A DNA stretch of 62,056 nt from Deltaproteobacteria bacterium. Its GTDB lineage: Bacteria; Myxococcota_A; UBA9160; UBA6930. Below the pieces are notes generated by a model. That model had not been told where the DNA came from, did no database searches, and saw only the letters and a program-made list of their open reading frames with translations. The stretch spans positions 1-62,056 of the forward strand of contig JANNDT010000208.1 in the NCBI GenBank assembly GCA_031387905.1, given 5' to 3'. The position numbers were made by a program, and so were the translations under genes. Below, in pieces: positions 52,458-62,056 of this stretch (positions are counted from its first letter, which is position 1; each line of letters begins with the position of its first letter).

Positions 52458-52757
52458 ATGGCAATGAAGACGAGTCCGAACGCGCCGCGGGCGACACAGA
52501 ATCGTGTCCGAGAGATTCGCGAAGAGCTGCTGCTGACGCGCGGCGACCTCGCGCGCCGCGCCGGCGTTTCGCTGCGCACCGTGTGGAGTGTCGAGGCGGG
52601 CCACGATTGCCGCGTCGAGACGAAGCGCGCGATCTTGCGAGCGCTCGGCGTGTCGCGCAGCCGCTACCGCGACATCTTCCCACTACCCGTGCGTGCTTTC
52701 TCCAACCCGAGTGCCGGATCCCCTACCGGCGCGCACAGCGGCTCCGCGCTCGCGTAA
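52458..52757 (+). CDS. XRE-family helix-turn-helix protein
   Basis: Start trimmed to ATG 52458 (GGAGGG RBS). Motif LLLTRGDLARRAGVSLRTVWSVEAG. Confidence 0.6.
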   Translation: MAMKTSPNAPRATQNRVREIREELLLTRGDLARRAGVSLRTVWSVEAGHDCRVETKRAILRALGVSRSRYRDIFPLPVRAFSNPSAGSPTGAHSGSALA

Positions 52758-52796
52758 GTCCCTCGCTGCCACACTTTCGGCTGGAGCGCGCGCCGC

Positions 52797-53654
52797 ATGT
52801 TCATCTTGATCGGGTACCTCGTCGTGATGGGGTCCGTGTTCGGCGGATTCGCGCTGGCGGGCGGCCACGTCGGAGCGCTCTTCCAGCCGGTCGAGTTGTT
52901 GATGATCGGCGGCGCGGCGATCGGCGCGTTCGTCGTCGGCAACCCGCTCAAGGTGTTGAAGTCGACGGCCGCCTCGCTGCCGAGACTCTTCAAGAGTTCG
53001 CCTTACACAAAGTCGCTGTTCATGGAGCTGCTCGGCCTGCTCTACGAAGTTCTGATCCGCGTGCGCAAGGAGGGCTTCCTGTCGATCGAGCGCGACGTCG
53101 AGCAGCCGGATTCGAGCCCCCTGTTCGCGAAGTTCCCGGCCGTGAAGGCGGACCATCACGCCATGCACTTCGTCACGGACTACCTGCGCCTGATGGCGAG
53201 CGGGAACTTGAACGCGCTCGAACTCGAGGCGCTCATGGAAAGCGAGATCGAGACGCATCATCACGAGGCTGAAATCCCCGGCCACGCCATTCAGAAGGTC
53301 GCGGACGGCTTACCCGCCTTCGGCATCGTGGCGGCGGTGATGGGAGTCGTACACACGATGGCCTCGGTCGGCCTGCCGCCCGAGGAACTCGGCATGCTGA
53401 TCGCGCACGCGCTGGTAGGCACGTTCCTCGGCATTCTCCTCTCGTACGGATTCGTCGCGCCGATCGTGGGTCTGCTCGAGGGCAACGCCGCGGACGGCAC
53501 GAAGGTCTTGCAGTGCATCAAGGTCACGCTGCTCGCGAGCCTGCAGGGCTACGCCCCGGTGCTCGCGATCGAGTTCGGGCGAAAGGTCTTGTTCTCGACG
53601 GAGCGCCCGAGCTTCTCGGAACTCGAGAAGCACGTGAAGCGCAAGGACAAGTAG
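52797..53654 (+). CDS. motA: Stator protein MotA
   Basis: 285 aa with four TM segments and ADGLPAFGIVAAVMGVVHTM ... GTFLGILLSYGFVAP. Confidence 0.9.
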   Translation: MFILIGYLVVMGSVFGGFALAGGHVGALFQPVELLMIGGAAIGAFVVGNPLKVLKSTAASLPRLFKSSPYTKSLFMELLGLLYEVLIRVRKEGFLSIERDVEQPDSSPLFAKFPAVKADHHAMHFVTDYLRLMASGNLNALELEALMESEIETHHHEAEIPGHAIQKVADGLPAFGIVAAVMGVVHTMASVGLPPEELGMLIAHALVGTFLGILLSYGFVAPIVGLLEGNAADGTKVLQCIKVTLLASLQGYAPVLAIEFGRKVLFSTERPSFSELEKHVKRKDK

Positions 53655-53663
53655 CGGGCGCCG

Positions 53664-54623
53664 ATGGCCAACGAAGAGCGCACGATTGTCATCAAGCGCA
53701 TCAAGAAGGTTGCCGCCGGACATCACGGCGGCGCCTGGAAGATCGCTTACGCCGACTTCGTGACCGCGATGATGGCCTTCTTCTTGTTAATGTGGCTGCT
53801 CTCGTCCAAGCCCGAGGAAGAGCGCGAGGAGATCGCCAGGTACTTCAACAAGCCGCTCATTGAATCGATCCTCGGCACGGAGGGAACGGCCAGCGGCGGC
53901 GACCGGACGCCCTCCGTGATGCCGGCCGCGGGCATGGATCTAATCGTCGTCGAAGGAGACGCCGACCGCGGCGAATCGCACGCGCAAGCGGAGGGCAGGA
54001 CCGAGCTCGAGCGGCGCGAAGCCGCTTCGCTCGAGAGTCTGATGCGGGACATCGAGGAAGCGATCGAGTCCGATGAGATCCTGCGCGAGCTCCGCAACCA
54101 GATCCTGCTCGACCTGACGAGCGAGGGCCTGCGCATCCAGATCGTCGATGCGCAGGACCGCGCGATGTTCGCCTCGGGCCGGCGCGAGCCGCTGCCCCAC
54201 GCCGAGCAACTTCTGCGCGCGATCGGGCACAGCCTGAGCACGAACAAGCATCAACTCAGCATTTCCGGCCACACCGACTCGGCGCCCTACGCGAACGCCG
54301 ATCGCGCTTACGGAAACTGGGAATTGTCCGGCGATCGGGCCAACGCCGCGCGCCGCGCGCTCGAAGCCGGTGGCTTGCGCGAGAACCAGGTCCTGCGAAT
54401 CGTCGGGCTCGGATCGGCGGTGCCGCTGCGGCCGAGCCAGCCCACGGACCCGATCAATCGACGCATCACCATCCTCGTGCTGAACAAGGCCGCGCGAGCG
54501 GCGATCGTACGCGACGGTGGGCTCGCGAAGCCGCGCACTGCGCCGCCCGAGGCGGCTGCGCCCGCACCGCCAGAGTCGAAGCCAACGGCACGACCCGCAC
54601 TAGAGGTTCCGTCCACGCACTGA
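53664..54623 (+). CDS. motB: Stator protein MotB (OmpA-like peptidoglycan-binding C-terminus)
   Basis: AWKIAYADFVTAMMAFFLLMWLL contains the plug/TM Asp. The C-terminus has ISGHTDSAPY ... NWELSGDRANAARRAL. Confidence 0.9.
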   Translation: MANEERTIVIKRIKKVAAGHHGGAWKIAYADFVTAMMAFFLLMWLLSSKPEEEREEIARYFNKPLIESILGTEGTASGGDRTPSVMPAAGMDLIVVEGDADRGESHAQAEGRTELERREAASLESLMRDIEEAIESDEILRELRNQILLDLTSEGLRIQIVDAQDRAMFASGRREPLPHAEQLLRAIGHSLSTNKHQLSISGHTDSAPYANADRAYGNWELSGDRANAARRALEAGGLRENQVLRIVGLGSAVPLRPSQPTDPINRRITILVLNKAARAAIVRDGGLAKPRTAPPEAAAPAPPESKPTARPALEVPSTH

Positions 54624-54733
54624 GCGAGAGCGCCGTGCGGCGGCGACAGCGCGAATCGCCGCGGCGGACCCACGCGTCGCGCGTACAGTCCGAGCCAGGG
54701 CGCGCGATTCGAACCCAGTGCGTGGAGATTCAG

Positions 54734-54982
54734 ATGAGCGGCCACCCCGACGACCCGTCCGAGGCTGCGAGTGGCGTCGAGGTGCCGTTCGAGGCGCTCA
54801 GCAGCGCGGCGCTCGGCGCGCTGATCGAGAGCTTCGTGGCGCGCGAGGGCACCGATTATGGCGTCCGCGAGCGCAGCCTCGCCGAGAAGGTCGCCGACGT
54901 GCAACGCCAACTCGAGCATGGCGAGGCGCGCATCGAGTTCGATCCACGGACCGAGAGCGTGAACATCGTGCTCGTGCGGTGA
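54734..54982 (+). CDS. YheU/UPF0270-family small protein
   Basis: Start trimmed to ATG 54734 (82 aa). LGALIESFVAREGTDYG ... KVADVQRQLEHGEARIEFD resembles E. coli YheU. Confidence 0.65.
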   Translation: MSGHPDDPSEAASGVEVPFEALSSAALGALIESFVAREGTDYGVRERSLAEKVADVQRQLEHGEARIEFDPRTESVNIVLVR

Positions 54983-54984
54983 GC

Positions 54985-55042
54985 GTGCGGCGCTTCGCCG
55001 CGCGCAGGGGCGAAGCCGAGCGGAGCCGAACAGTGGCCTCCG
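54985..55042 (+). repeat. REP-like element, copy 3
   Basis: Sequence gtgcggcgcttcgccgcgcgcaggggcgaagccgagcggagccgaacagtggcctcc immediately after the stop at 54982. It has the 8-bp stem GCTTCGCC/GGCGAAGC (54992..55016). Confidence 0.55.
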
Positions 55043-55208
55043 CGTGCGGGAACACGACGTAGCCCGCACTCCTGCGACGCCGCAGAGCCGCACGAGCCGC
55101 ACCCGTACATCGGCGGCGCAAGCGAGCCTGCGGCGCAAGCGGCGCTGCGCTGCACGGCCCCGGCGCGCGAGGCAGGGTTCTCCCACCCCTCGCGTCAGGA
55201 GTCCCAGA

Positions 55209-56120
55209 GTGGCTGCGTCTGCATTGAAAGCTGGCCTCGGGCGCGCCGCGCTGATCGTTGGATCGCTCGCCGTAATTTTCAGCGCGCTCTACCTAACAGA
55301 CGCGGCCGCGATCTGGCGCGCGACGATCGTCTGCACGGTGCTCTTCTACGCGCTGGTTCATGCGGTTCCGGGCGTGATTTTTCGCATCCAGTCGATGCCG
55401 TACACGTACCAGCTCCAAAACAACCTCGGGGCGCGCGGCTTCGAGTTCCAAAACGTCACCTACGCCGCGTATCACACGCACTGGTACAACCACGCGACGC
55501 ACGCGGCGTTCCCGCTCGAGGCGTGGCTGTGGTTCGTCGTTGCCGCGGAGTGGGGCGGCGCGTTCGGGCTCGCGGCGCTGTGCTGCGTACTTTGCGCGCA
55601 GGCCTTCACATTCGGCGAACGCAGCTTCGCTCTCGGAGTCGGCGCGCTCTGGATCAGTTTTGCGGCGAGCGCCGGAGTGGCGGTCGCGATGCTGGGCGGG
55701 AGCCTCTTCGAGACCGCGCAGCTTGGCCTCGTTGGCTTCGGTTTCTGGCGCTTCACGGGTCATTGGGTGGAACCCCTACCGCCGGGAGTCGCCGGAAACC
55801 CCGGCTTCGTCCGCCTAACAAGCGAAAACGCCGACTGGCGGCTCTGCCTTCCGCTCGCACTTGGGTATCTGTCCGAGTTCAGTGCGGGCCTGCCATTCCG
55901 GCTCGTGAACAGCTGGCTCTTCCGTGCGGCGCAGCAGTGCGGCTACCGGCCCGATCGGGCTCTCGACTTGCGCCGCACCCACGAGTTCGCGATCCGAATC
56001 CATGACATGGGCTGGAGCGCGCAGGCGACGACCGCGGCGCTCGTGGTTGCTGCGCGCGAGCTCGACGCCGGCCGCCCCCCGGCGCTCAGCGTGTCATCGC
56101 GCGAGGCGAGCGCGCGATGA
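55209..56120 (+). CDS. Integral membrane protein, possibly Mpo1/DUF962-like
   Basis: The ORF is open from 55044. I favour GTG 55209, which has an AGGAG 7 nt upstream. It has several TM helices and the His-rich motif YHTHWYNHATHAAFP. Confidence 0.45.
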   Translation: MAASALKAGLGRAALIVGSLAVIFSALYLTDAAAIWRATIVCTVLFYALVHAVPGVIFRIQSMPYTYQLQNNLGARGFEFQNVTYAAYHTHWYNHATHAAFPLEAWLWFVVAAEWGGAFGLAALCCVLCAQAFTFGERSFALGVGALWISFAASAGVAVAMLGGSLFETAQLGLVGFGFWRFTGHWVEPLPPGVAGNPGFVRLTSENADWRLCLPLALGYLSEFSAGLPFRLVNSWLFRAAQQCGYRPDRALDLRRTHEFAIRIHDMGWSAQATTAALVVAARELDAGRPPALSVSSREASAR

Positions 56121-56977
56121 AATCCGAGAAGCCGTTCTCGATTCGCCTGATGGCGTGCGACCGGGGCGCGTCCGTGTGGCTGATCGAACTCGCGGGGCGC
56201 ACGCTGCTGTTCGATGCCTGGCTCGACGACCCCTACTTTTCAGGGCCTGCGGGCTTCTTCTCGGCGCATCGGAGCGAGCCAGCGCTGTTCTCAGCGAGCA
56301 GCCTGCCGCCGGTCGACGCCCTTGTGCTTTCGAGCGCGGAGCAAGATCACGCACACCCGTGCACGCTCGCGAAGCTGGATCGAGGCATTCCGGTGTACGC
56401 GCGCCCGGAGGCTGCGCGGCTTGCCGCGCGGCTCGGCTTCGCGCAAATCACTGCGCTCGCGCCCGGACAGCGCGCGCAGTTGTGGAATGGCGACGCTTCG
56501 CTGCTCGCGCTGGAGGGCTACGGCCGCAACACCCCGTTCGTGATGCGCGAGCAGGCGACCGGCGAGCGCGTCTGCATCGCGCAGCACGGCGTGAACGCGC
56601 GCTGGCTCACGAAGCACTCGCGCTCCGCATTCAGCGGCGAGTTCGCACCCGATGCTGCGGGGCGGCTCACGGACACGCTTTGCATCGGCGTACACACCAC
56701 GCTGCTTCGACCCCTCGGACTCCCGCGCTGGGTTCTAGGGGACGCCGGCACGATTCTGCCCGATCCGCTCGAGAGCGCGGCAATCGTCGCGCGCTTCTCG
56801 CCTCGCCGTGTGCTGTTCAGCCACGCCACACGGGAGGTCGAGCAGGGTTTCGCGGTGCGTCATCTGCTGCGATACCCGAGCGCGCACGACGACCTCGGCC
56901 ACGCGCAGCGCGCATTCCGCGAGAACGCGCCGGGCCCCCGCATCGCGGGCCTGCCTGCGCCCGCCGCGTGGTTTTGA
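56117..56977 (+). CDS. MBL-fold metallo-hydrolase family protein
   Basis: 286 aa with LLFDAWL and VLSSAEQDHAHPCT (a degenerate HxHxDH region). It has a 4-nt overlap with the upstream gene. Confidence 0.6.
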   Translation: MKSEKPFSIRLMACDRGASVWLIELAGRTLLFDAWLDDPYFSGPAGFFSAHRSEPALFSASSLPPVDALVLSSAEQDHAHPCTLAKLDRGIPVYARPEAARLAARLGFAQITALAPGQRAQLWNGDASLLALEGYGRNTPFVMREQATGERVCIAQHGVNARWLTKHSRSAFSGEFAPDAAGRLTDTLCIGVHTTLLRPLGLPRWVLGDAGTILPDPLESAAIVARFSPRRVLFSHATREVEQGFAVRHLLRYPSAHDDLGHAQRAFRENAPGPRIAGLPAPAAWF

Positions 56978-57001
56978 CGCGAACGGAGCCGCGCCGCGGC
57001 G

Positions 57002-60000
57002 TCAGCGCTGCGCGCCGTTCGCGGCCAGCGCCCCGCGCACGCGGCTCGCGAAGCGCGGCGAGAAGTCGAGCCACTCGCGCACCGAGTCTTGGTCGACCTT
57101 GATGCGCAACCGCACGTACGGGCCCTGCGCGGTGTACTCGCTGCGTGAGAAGTCGTCGTCCGTGAAGCCGGTGACGTTGTAGCCGAGGCTCGCCCACACG
57201 TTTTTGTAGAGCAGGCGGCCGACGCTCGCGCCGGCCGAGAGGTTTCCGTCCGTTGCGTCGCCCGAAGCGAGCTGGCGCACGCGCGCGTGGAGCGCGACGT
57301 CCCAGCGCGGCGCGATCTCGTAGCGGGCTTCGACGCCTATCAGGTGCCCGAGCGAGTCGTAGCCGCGGCCGTCGATCGTCTCGTTCACCCACTTGGCTGA
57401 GTACTGCCAGGAGACCTGCGTGCGCTCGTCGCGCTGGTAGTTGAACTTCAAATGATTCAGCACTCGCTCGCCCCGCGTGTCGAAACCGCCGCCTTGCGAG
57501 AGGCCGTACTCGAACTCGACTTGCTCGAGCACGATCCAGCGCGTGTCGAGCGGGCGGTACGCGAGCGAGAAGCGCGCCGAGGCGATGTCTTCCTGCACGG
57601 GCGCGAGGCCGCCGCGCTCGCTCTTCCAGAGTTCGAGGTGTCCGGCGATCGAAGTGCGTTCGTGCTCGCGCAGCGCGCCGAGCAGGAAGTTCCACTGGTC
57701 GTCGAGCTCGCCCATGCGCGTTTCGACGCGGCTCGTGAAGGCGGTGTTTTTGCGCGTGAAGCCGGCGCCGAGCGAGATCGCGGTGTAGTCGTCGGCGGGC
57801 GTGCCCGAGAGCGGCGCCACGCTCGCGTTGAACGGCTGCACGCTGCTGCCCGAGAGCGTCTGCGAGCGATCGACCGCGAAGTCGAAGCCCCAGTGCTCGG
57901 TGAGGTTCCAGTGCTGCGAGAGGCCGAGGTTCGCGTACGTGCGCGGGCCGTGTTCGCGGCTCAATTCCCCGACGTTTTCGCCGGGCTGCGCTGCCAGCTC
58001 TTGCTGTCCCAGACTCGTCGCGATCTGCCCGCCTTCCCAGGGCTGAACCGTCGCGCCGATCCGCGTGTCCTGACCGCTGTGCACTTCGCCGAACGTGATC
58101 TCGTGGTCCGCGAACAGCGTGAGCCAGCTCGTCGCCTTCAAATCCGCGCCGACGCCCACGCGGTCTGAATAATCACCATGGGGGCCTTCGGAGCCGAAAC
58201 CGACTTCGCTGCCGATGCGCAGGTTCAGCTTCTGGTCGAACAGCCCGTAGTGACCGCCGAGCAGAAGCTGGCCCGTGTTCGCCGCGGCGATCGGCGCGGA
58301 ATCACGCACGTAGCGCGCTCCGACGTGCGCACCTCGCCCGCTCGTCTCGTATTCGACCAAGCTCTCCGCGATCACGCGGTCGTCGTTCGTCACCAGGTTC
58401 TCGTCGCGGAACGTGCTGCCAACGAGGCTCCAGTTCTCACGGAAGCGGTATTTGCCGTCGACGCCGATGCGCCGCGCGCCTTGATCGATGCTCGAGAGCT
58501 GGCCGAGCCCGAAGCCGGCTTCTTGTTCGCGCGCGTAGGCGAGCAGCTCGGTCTTCTCCGTGCGGTGTTCCGCGGAGACCAGCCACGCGAGCCCGCGCTG
58601 CGCGCCCGAGGCGCTCTCGCCGTCGCTCCCGGCCCACTCGGCGTGCAGCTTCGTCGCTTCGCCCCATTGATAAGTCGAGTCGACGCCGACGAGGTCGCTC
58701 GCGAACGCGCCGCGCCCTTCGTGGATGCCGCTCGCGCCCACTTCGAGCGCGCCGCCGAACCAGCGGCCCGCCACGCGCCCGCCGCCTGAGATCGCTTCGC
58801 CCGGCCCGTCGACTTCGTATTCCACCACGATGAACACGGGGTTGAAGTGCTCGTCGCGGCCCGGCACGGCTTCGCGGAAATGCAGCGTGCCGCCGCCGGA
58901 ATCGATGTCGTAGTCGATTTGCGTGATGAGCGGGCGCGTTTCGAGCACGCGGCTCGGGCGGAAGCGATCGCGCACTTCGATGCGCACACGTTCGCTGCCA
59001 ATGATGATTGGCGATTGTGAGAGGCGATATAGCCCGGACGTGCCGTTGCCGCGGATCTCATCGCGACCGAACTGCTGACCCGAATCGGTGGCGAAGCCGT
59101 TCCAGCGCAGGCTGTCGCCGTAATACTCGCTCTTCAGGCCCGTGAGCACGCGCTCGTAGCGCGCGAGTTCCGTCTCGCCGAGCGCGCTGTCGTAATCGCC
59201 GTAGAGCGCGTAGAAGCGCTCGCGCTCGAGCTTCAGGTAGAGGCCGTCCGAGGTCGGCGCGGCGTAGCTCTCTTGTGTGTCGTCGCCGTAGAGCGCGAAG
59301 TGCTCCTCGGTGTCGAGGCTGCGCTTCAGACGCTCGCCGGGCACGGTCTTGTGCGCGTCGGTGTCGTAGGCCGCGGTCAGTTGCCACTCGCCCCGGACAG
59401 TGCCGCTGCCAAACAGCGCGACGTGACCCGTCTGCCCATCGGACGAGGGCACGCCCGCGGCGCGCCGCTCGGCCACGTTGCCAGAATCGTTCCCAAAACC
59501 GCGCGTGCCGGTGCCAAGCGCGACCAGCGTGAACTCGCGCTTCCCAGGCGAGAGCCAGCCCTCGATCTGTTCGCGCCGATCGCCCGCGAGTACGAGCGTG
59601 AGCGCGAAGCGCCCAACCGTGGTGGTGGGCTCGAGCTCGATGCGCGCGATGCCGCCGCCGCCGACCACGAAGTTCGTCGCGCCGAAATCGGGCACTGCGA
59701 GTTGCCGCTCGCGCGAGCGATCGACCGCTTCGCGCGCGCGGTGCGGCGCCTGCACCTGCAGCGGGCCGCTCATGCCTTCGCGCACAGGCTTGCCCCAGCG
59801 ATCGAACATGCGCACCGCAATCACAGGCGGCTCGCGTCCATCCGCAACCAGCCGCGAGAGCGTCGGCATCAGCTCGCCGCGCACCGGCGGGCCCGACGAG
59901 TGGAGGTCTTTGCGAATGCGAGCGACGACTTCGCCGCTCTCGCCCAACAACTCGGCGACGAACACGTTCGGGCCTTCGCTCAAATCGACGCCGCGCCAGC

Positions 60001-62056
60001 GGCTCACCGCGACCGTCTTCGCCGAATTGCGCTGCGTGCCGTCGAAGTTGAGCGGCTCGACGAGCGTGCCGTTGCGGAACAGCCGCACGCGCAGCGCGGG
60101 ATCGTGCTGGATACCGAGCTTGATGGACGGAATCTTCGGGATGTAGGCCGACTCCGGGTACAGCCACTGATTCGCGGGCGCGACTCGCGCGAGCCAGGCG
60201 TCGCCGAACGCCGCATCCGGCGGGAGTTCCTCCGCAGGCTCATCAGGCGCCGGCGGCGCCTCCTCCCAGGTCGCGCTCTGCGTGTACGAGCGCGGCGCAT
60301 CGAGCGCGACTCTCACGACGGGCGTCTGCACGAGCGCACCGGTGTCTCGCTTTGCGCGCGCAACGGCATTCACCTGCGCCGCGGGGTCTGCCGCGACGGC
60401 GAAGCGCAGCGTCACGACAGCTCCTGGCGCGAGCGTGAGTGCGCGCAGGGTCGGCGCTGGGCTCTCGCTGTCGAACGTCGCGCCAGCTCCGACCACCTCG
60501 ATCGAGCCCGGCAGCGGCGCGACGCCGTCGGGCAGCATCACGAGCGCGGCGACACCGCCAAGCGTTGCGCCCTCCACATTGACGCTCAGCTCGATGTTCT
60601 GACGCTCGCCCGCAGGCGTCACCGTGAGCCGTTGATGCAGACCGCGCCCGCTGGGGACGCGCTCGAGGAAGAAGTCCGTGCGCCAGAGCGAACCGCGCTG
60701 CGGCTCGACGAACTGCGAGTAGGCGCGGCCCGCAAAGCGGTTCGCCGCACACGGTGCAGGCATTAGGCCGTCGGGTACGGTCTGCGTGTCGAGCTGGACG
60801 ACGTGCGTGTCGGCGTACACCACCGGGAAATGGAAGCGGCCCTGCTCGTCGGTCACGACCTGCGTGCCGTCTTCGAGGAACACCCGCACGCCTGCCACGC
60901 CGGCGTGCTTCTCGGTGAGGTTCGAGTCGCAGCTGCCTTCCATCACGCGGCCCATTAGGGTGGCGCGCTCGTTCAAGAGATCGCCGATCACGAGCAGGGT
61001 CGCGCGCGCGGTGTTCGACGCGAGCGCGCCGCCGCGCACGACGGCCTCGTTCACCGCGCGGCCACCCCCCGCACCCGCACCAATGCGCGCGACGTATCGC
61101 ACCTCCAGCTGCGCGCCCGCGGCGAGCGCACCGAGCGGAATCGTGAGGGTGCGCCCGTCCACAGAAATCGCGGGATCTGGCGCGGGCGCATTCGCGATGC
61201 GCAGCGAACCCGCCTCGAAGCGGAAGCCTGAGGGCAGCCGGTCTTCGAGGTTCAGCGGGATACCGGCGCTGCCGGCGGGCGCCGACGCGTTCAGCACGTA
61301 TTGCACGAACTCGCCGACGCTCGCGCTTGCGCGGTTCACGCGCTTGGTGAGCGTGAGGCTCGCGCCGCCTCCGCCTGAAGGATCGAGCGGAACATCGACT
61401 TCGAAGATGGGGCCGAGCGGCACGACGAAGTCGTTGCCGCGGGAGCCGGGGCCCAACACGAAGGGCGCGCCGGGCAGGAGCTGCAACGTCGCGTCGGGCA
61501 CGAGCGACGGGAAAGCGTAACTAGCGGGCGGCACGATCTGCAGCCGATACGTACCAGGCGCGACGAACGGGAACCGGAACTGGCCTGGGGCGAACACGTA
61601 GTTCGTGCCGCCCGAGTCACTCGTATTGCCACCCGAGCTGATGGTGGCCGGATAGATCGACACGCCGTCGTCGCCGAACACGTTGGCAGGCAAGCCGCTG
61701 GCCGAATCAATTAGGGTGATCTGGGCGCCGTCCACGGGGGCGCCCGTCTGGCTGTCGAACACGCTGCCGAGCGGGTCGACGAGCGCTCCGTTGCTCGAGC
61801 TGTCGGTCGCGTCGGCGGGATCGCTGTAGCTGGCGCGAACGGTCTCACCGGCCGTGACGGAGAGGCGGCAGTCGCCGGAGATCGGCGGCGGTGGGCCGCT
61901 CATCGAGTACGCGACGAACTCGCCGGTGTTCGGGCCCGTCTCGGCGGCGCGCAGCACCTCGAGATCGCCGGTGGTCTGCGAAACGAGCGTAATCAGCGTC
62001 GTCTCCGCGAGCAGCGGATTCAGATTCTGATCGAGATCGACGACGCGCAGGAAGAG
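57002..62056 (-). CDS. Very large surface/outer-membrane protein, 5' end outside the window
   Basis: The frame stays open for 33 codons upstream of the first listed start, to the window edge. The N-half has prealbumin/Cna-B-like units (GSVFDSQTGAPVDGAQITLID ... PGTYRLQIVPPASYAFPS) and a DUF11-like repeat (LTLTKRVNRASASVGEFVQYVL). The C-terminal ~900 aa are rich in alternating aromatic/Gly/Asp strands and end in GYNVTGFTDDDFSRSEYTAQGPYVRLRIK (beta-barrel-like). Confidence 0.7.
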   Translation of the reverse strand, partial: LFLRVVDLDQNLNPLLAETTLITLVSQTTGDLEVLRAAETGPNTGEFVAYSMSGPPPPISGDCRLSVTAGETVRASYSDPADATDSSSNGALVDPLGSVFDSQTGAPVDGAQITLIDSASGLPANVFGDDGVSIYPATISSGGNTSDSGGTNYVFAPGQFRFPFVAPGTYRLQIVPPASYAFPSLVPDATLQLLPGAPFVLGPGSRGNDFVVPLGPIFEVDVPLDPSGGGGASLTLTKRVNRASASVGEFVQYVLNASAPAGSAGIPLNLEDRLPSGFRFEAGSLRIANAPAPDPAISVDGRTLTIPLGALAAGAQLEVRYVARIGAGAGGGRAVNEAVVRGGALASNTARATLLVIGDLLNERATLMGRVMEGSCDSNLTEKHAGVAGVRVFLEDGTQVVTDEQGRFHFPVVYADTHVVQLDTQTVPDGLMPAPCAANRFAGRAYSQFVEPQRGSLWRTDFFLERVPSGRGLHQRLTVTPAGERQNIELSVNVEGATLGGVAALVMLPDGVAPLPGSIEVVGAGATFDSESPAPTLRALTLAPGAVVTLRFAVAADPAAQVNAVARAKRDTGALVQTPVVRVALDAPRSYTQSATWEEAPPAPDEPAEELPPDAAFGDAWLARVAPANQWLYPESAYIPKIPSIKLGIQHDPALRVRLFRNGTLVEPLNFDGTQRNSAKTVAVSRWRGVDLSEGPNVFVAELLGESGEVVARIRKDLHSSGPPVRGELMPTLSRLVADGREPPVIAVRMFDRWGKPVREGMSGPLQVQAPHRAREAVDRSRERQLAVPDFGATNFVVGGGGIARIELEPTTTVGRFALTLVLAGDRREQIEGWLSPGKREFTLVALGTGTRGFGNDSGNVAERRAAGVPSSDGQTGHVALFGSGTVRGEWQLTAAYDTDAHKTVPGERLKRSLDTEEHFALYGDDTQESYAAPTSDGLYLKLERERFYALYGDYDSALGETELARYERVLTGLKSEYYGDSLRWNGFATDSGQQFGRDEIRGNGTSGLYRLSQSPIIIGSERVRIEVRDRFRPSRVLETRPLITQIDYDIDSGGGTLHFREAVPGRDEHFNPVFIVVEYEVDGPGEAISGGGRVAGRWFGGALEVGASGIHEGRGAFASDLVGVDSTYQWGEATKLHAEWAGSDGESASGAQRGLAWLVSAEHRTEKTELLAYAREQEAGFGLGQLSSIDQGARRIGVDGKYRFRENWSLVGSTFRDENLVTNDDRVIAESLVEYETSGRGAHVGARYVRDSAPIAAANTGQLLLGGHYGLFDQKLNLRIGSEVGFGSEGPHGDYSDRVGVGADLKATSWLTLFADHEITFGEVHSGQDTRIGATVQPWEGGQIATSLGQQELAAQPGENVGELSREHGPRTYANLGLSQHWNLTEHWGFDFAVDRSQTLSGSSVQPFNASVAPLSGTPADDYTAISLGAGFTRKNTAFTSRVETRMGELDDQWNFLLGALREHERTSIAGHLELWKSERGGLAPVQEDIASARFSLAYRPLDTRWIVLEQVEFEYGLSQGGGFDTRGERVLNHLKFNYQRDERTQVSWQYSAKWVNETIDGRGYDSLGHLIGVEARYEIAPRWDVALHARVRQLASGDATDGNLSAGASVGRLLYKNVWASLGYNVTGFTDDDFSRSEYTAQGPYVRLRIKVDQDSVREWLDFSPRFASRVRGALAANGAQR

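Noticed and set aside
189-61715. Apparent abundance of the pentamer CCTAA/TTAGG across the window
   Set aside because: About 37 copies counted by eye compare with about 50 expected from base composition, so the pentamer itself is not enriched. Only the extended words and codon contexts reported in the findings look non-random.
1-62056. Search for CRISPR arrays, tRNA/rRNA genes, transposases/integrases, prophage or defence-island signatures
   Set aside because: No repeat-spacer periodicity, cloverleaf-like segments or recombinase/transposase motifs were seen in any frame. The only repeats are the short REP-like elements listed as features.

Overview
High-GC (about 70% by eye) Gram-negative-type chromosomal segment. 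About 44 kb (6.3-50.2 kb) is one almost entirely minus-strand flagellar supercluster. In transcription order it holds a FleQ-like sigma54 activator, fliL-M-N-(O/P)-Q-R-flhB-A-F-G-HDOD, then flgF-G-A-H-I-J-N-K-L-csrA-fliW. These are followed by fliC, fliD-fliS plus accessory genes ending in a GGDEF cyclase, then a PilZ-TPR-pseudokinase-EBP module. The last operon is flgB-C-fliE-F-G-H-I-J-fliK-flgD-E, followed by a PilB/MshE-like ATPase and a second HDOD gene. Flanking genes are a PAS hybrid kinase, a CheY-like regulator, an unknown protein coupled to a GltB-like FMN protein, a PilZ/cNMP fusion, a LuxR regulator, an XRE protein, motAB, small housekeeping-type genes and a >1680-aa surface protein cut by the right edge. 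I found four textbook sigma54 promoters (flgB, flgF, fliC, PilZ-TPR) and a shared palindromic upstream motif. No fliA or flgM is present in the window. The most unusual content is the c-di-GMP circuitry wired into the flagellar operons: an MshEN-type ATPase with a broken P-loop, 2 PilZ, 2 HDOD and 1 GGDEF. Also notable are a degenerate kinase/EBP pair, FliJ-YlxF and FliO-FliP fusions, a REP-like element and odd rare-codon contexts. All calls rest on motif recognition and manual translation, with no database search run. Gene starts were trimmed from the ORF track by hand, and short-motif coordinates may be off by 1-2 nt. No tRNA, rRNA, CRISPR array or transposase was seen.
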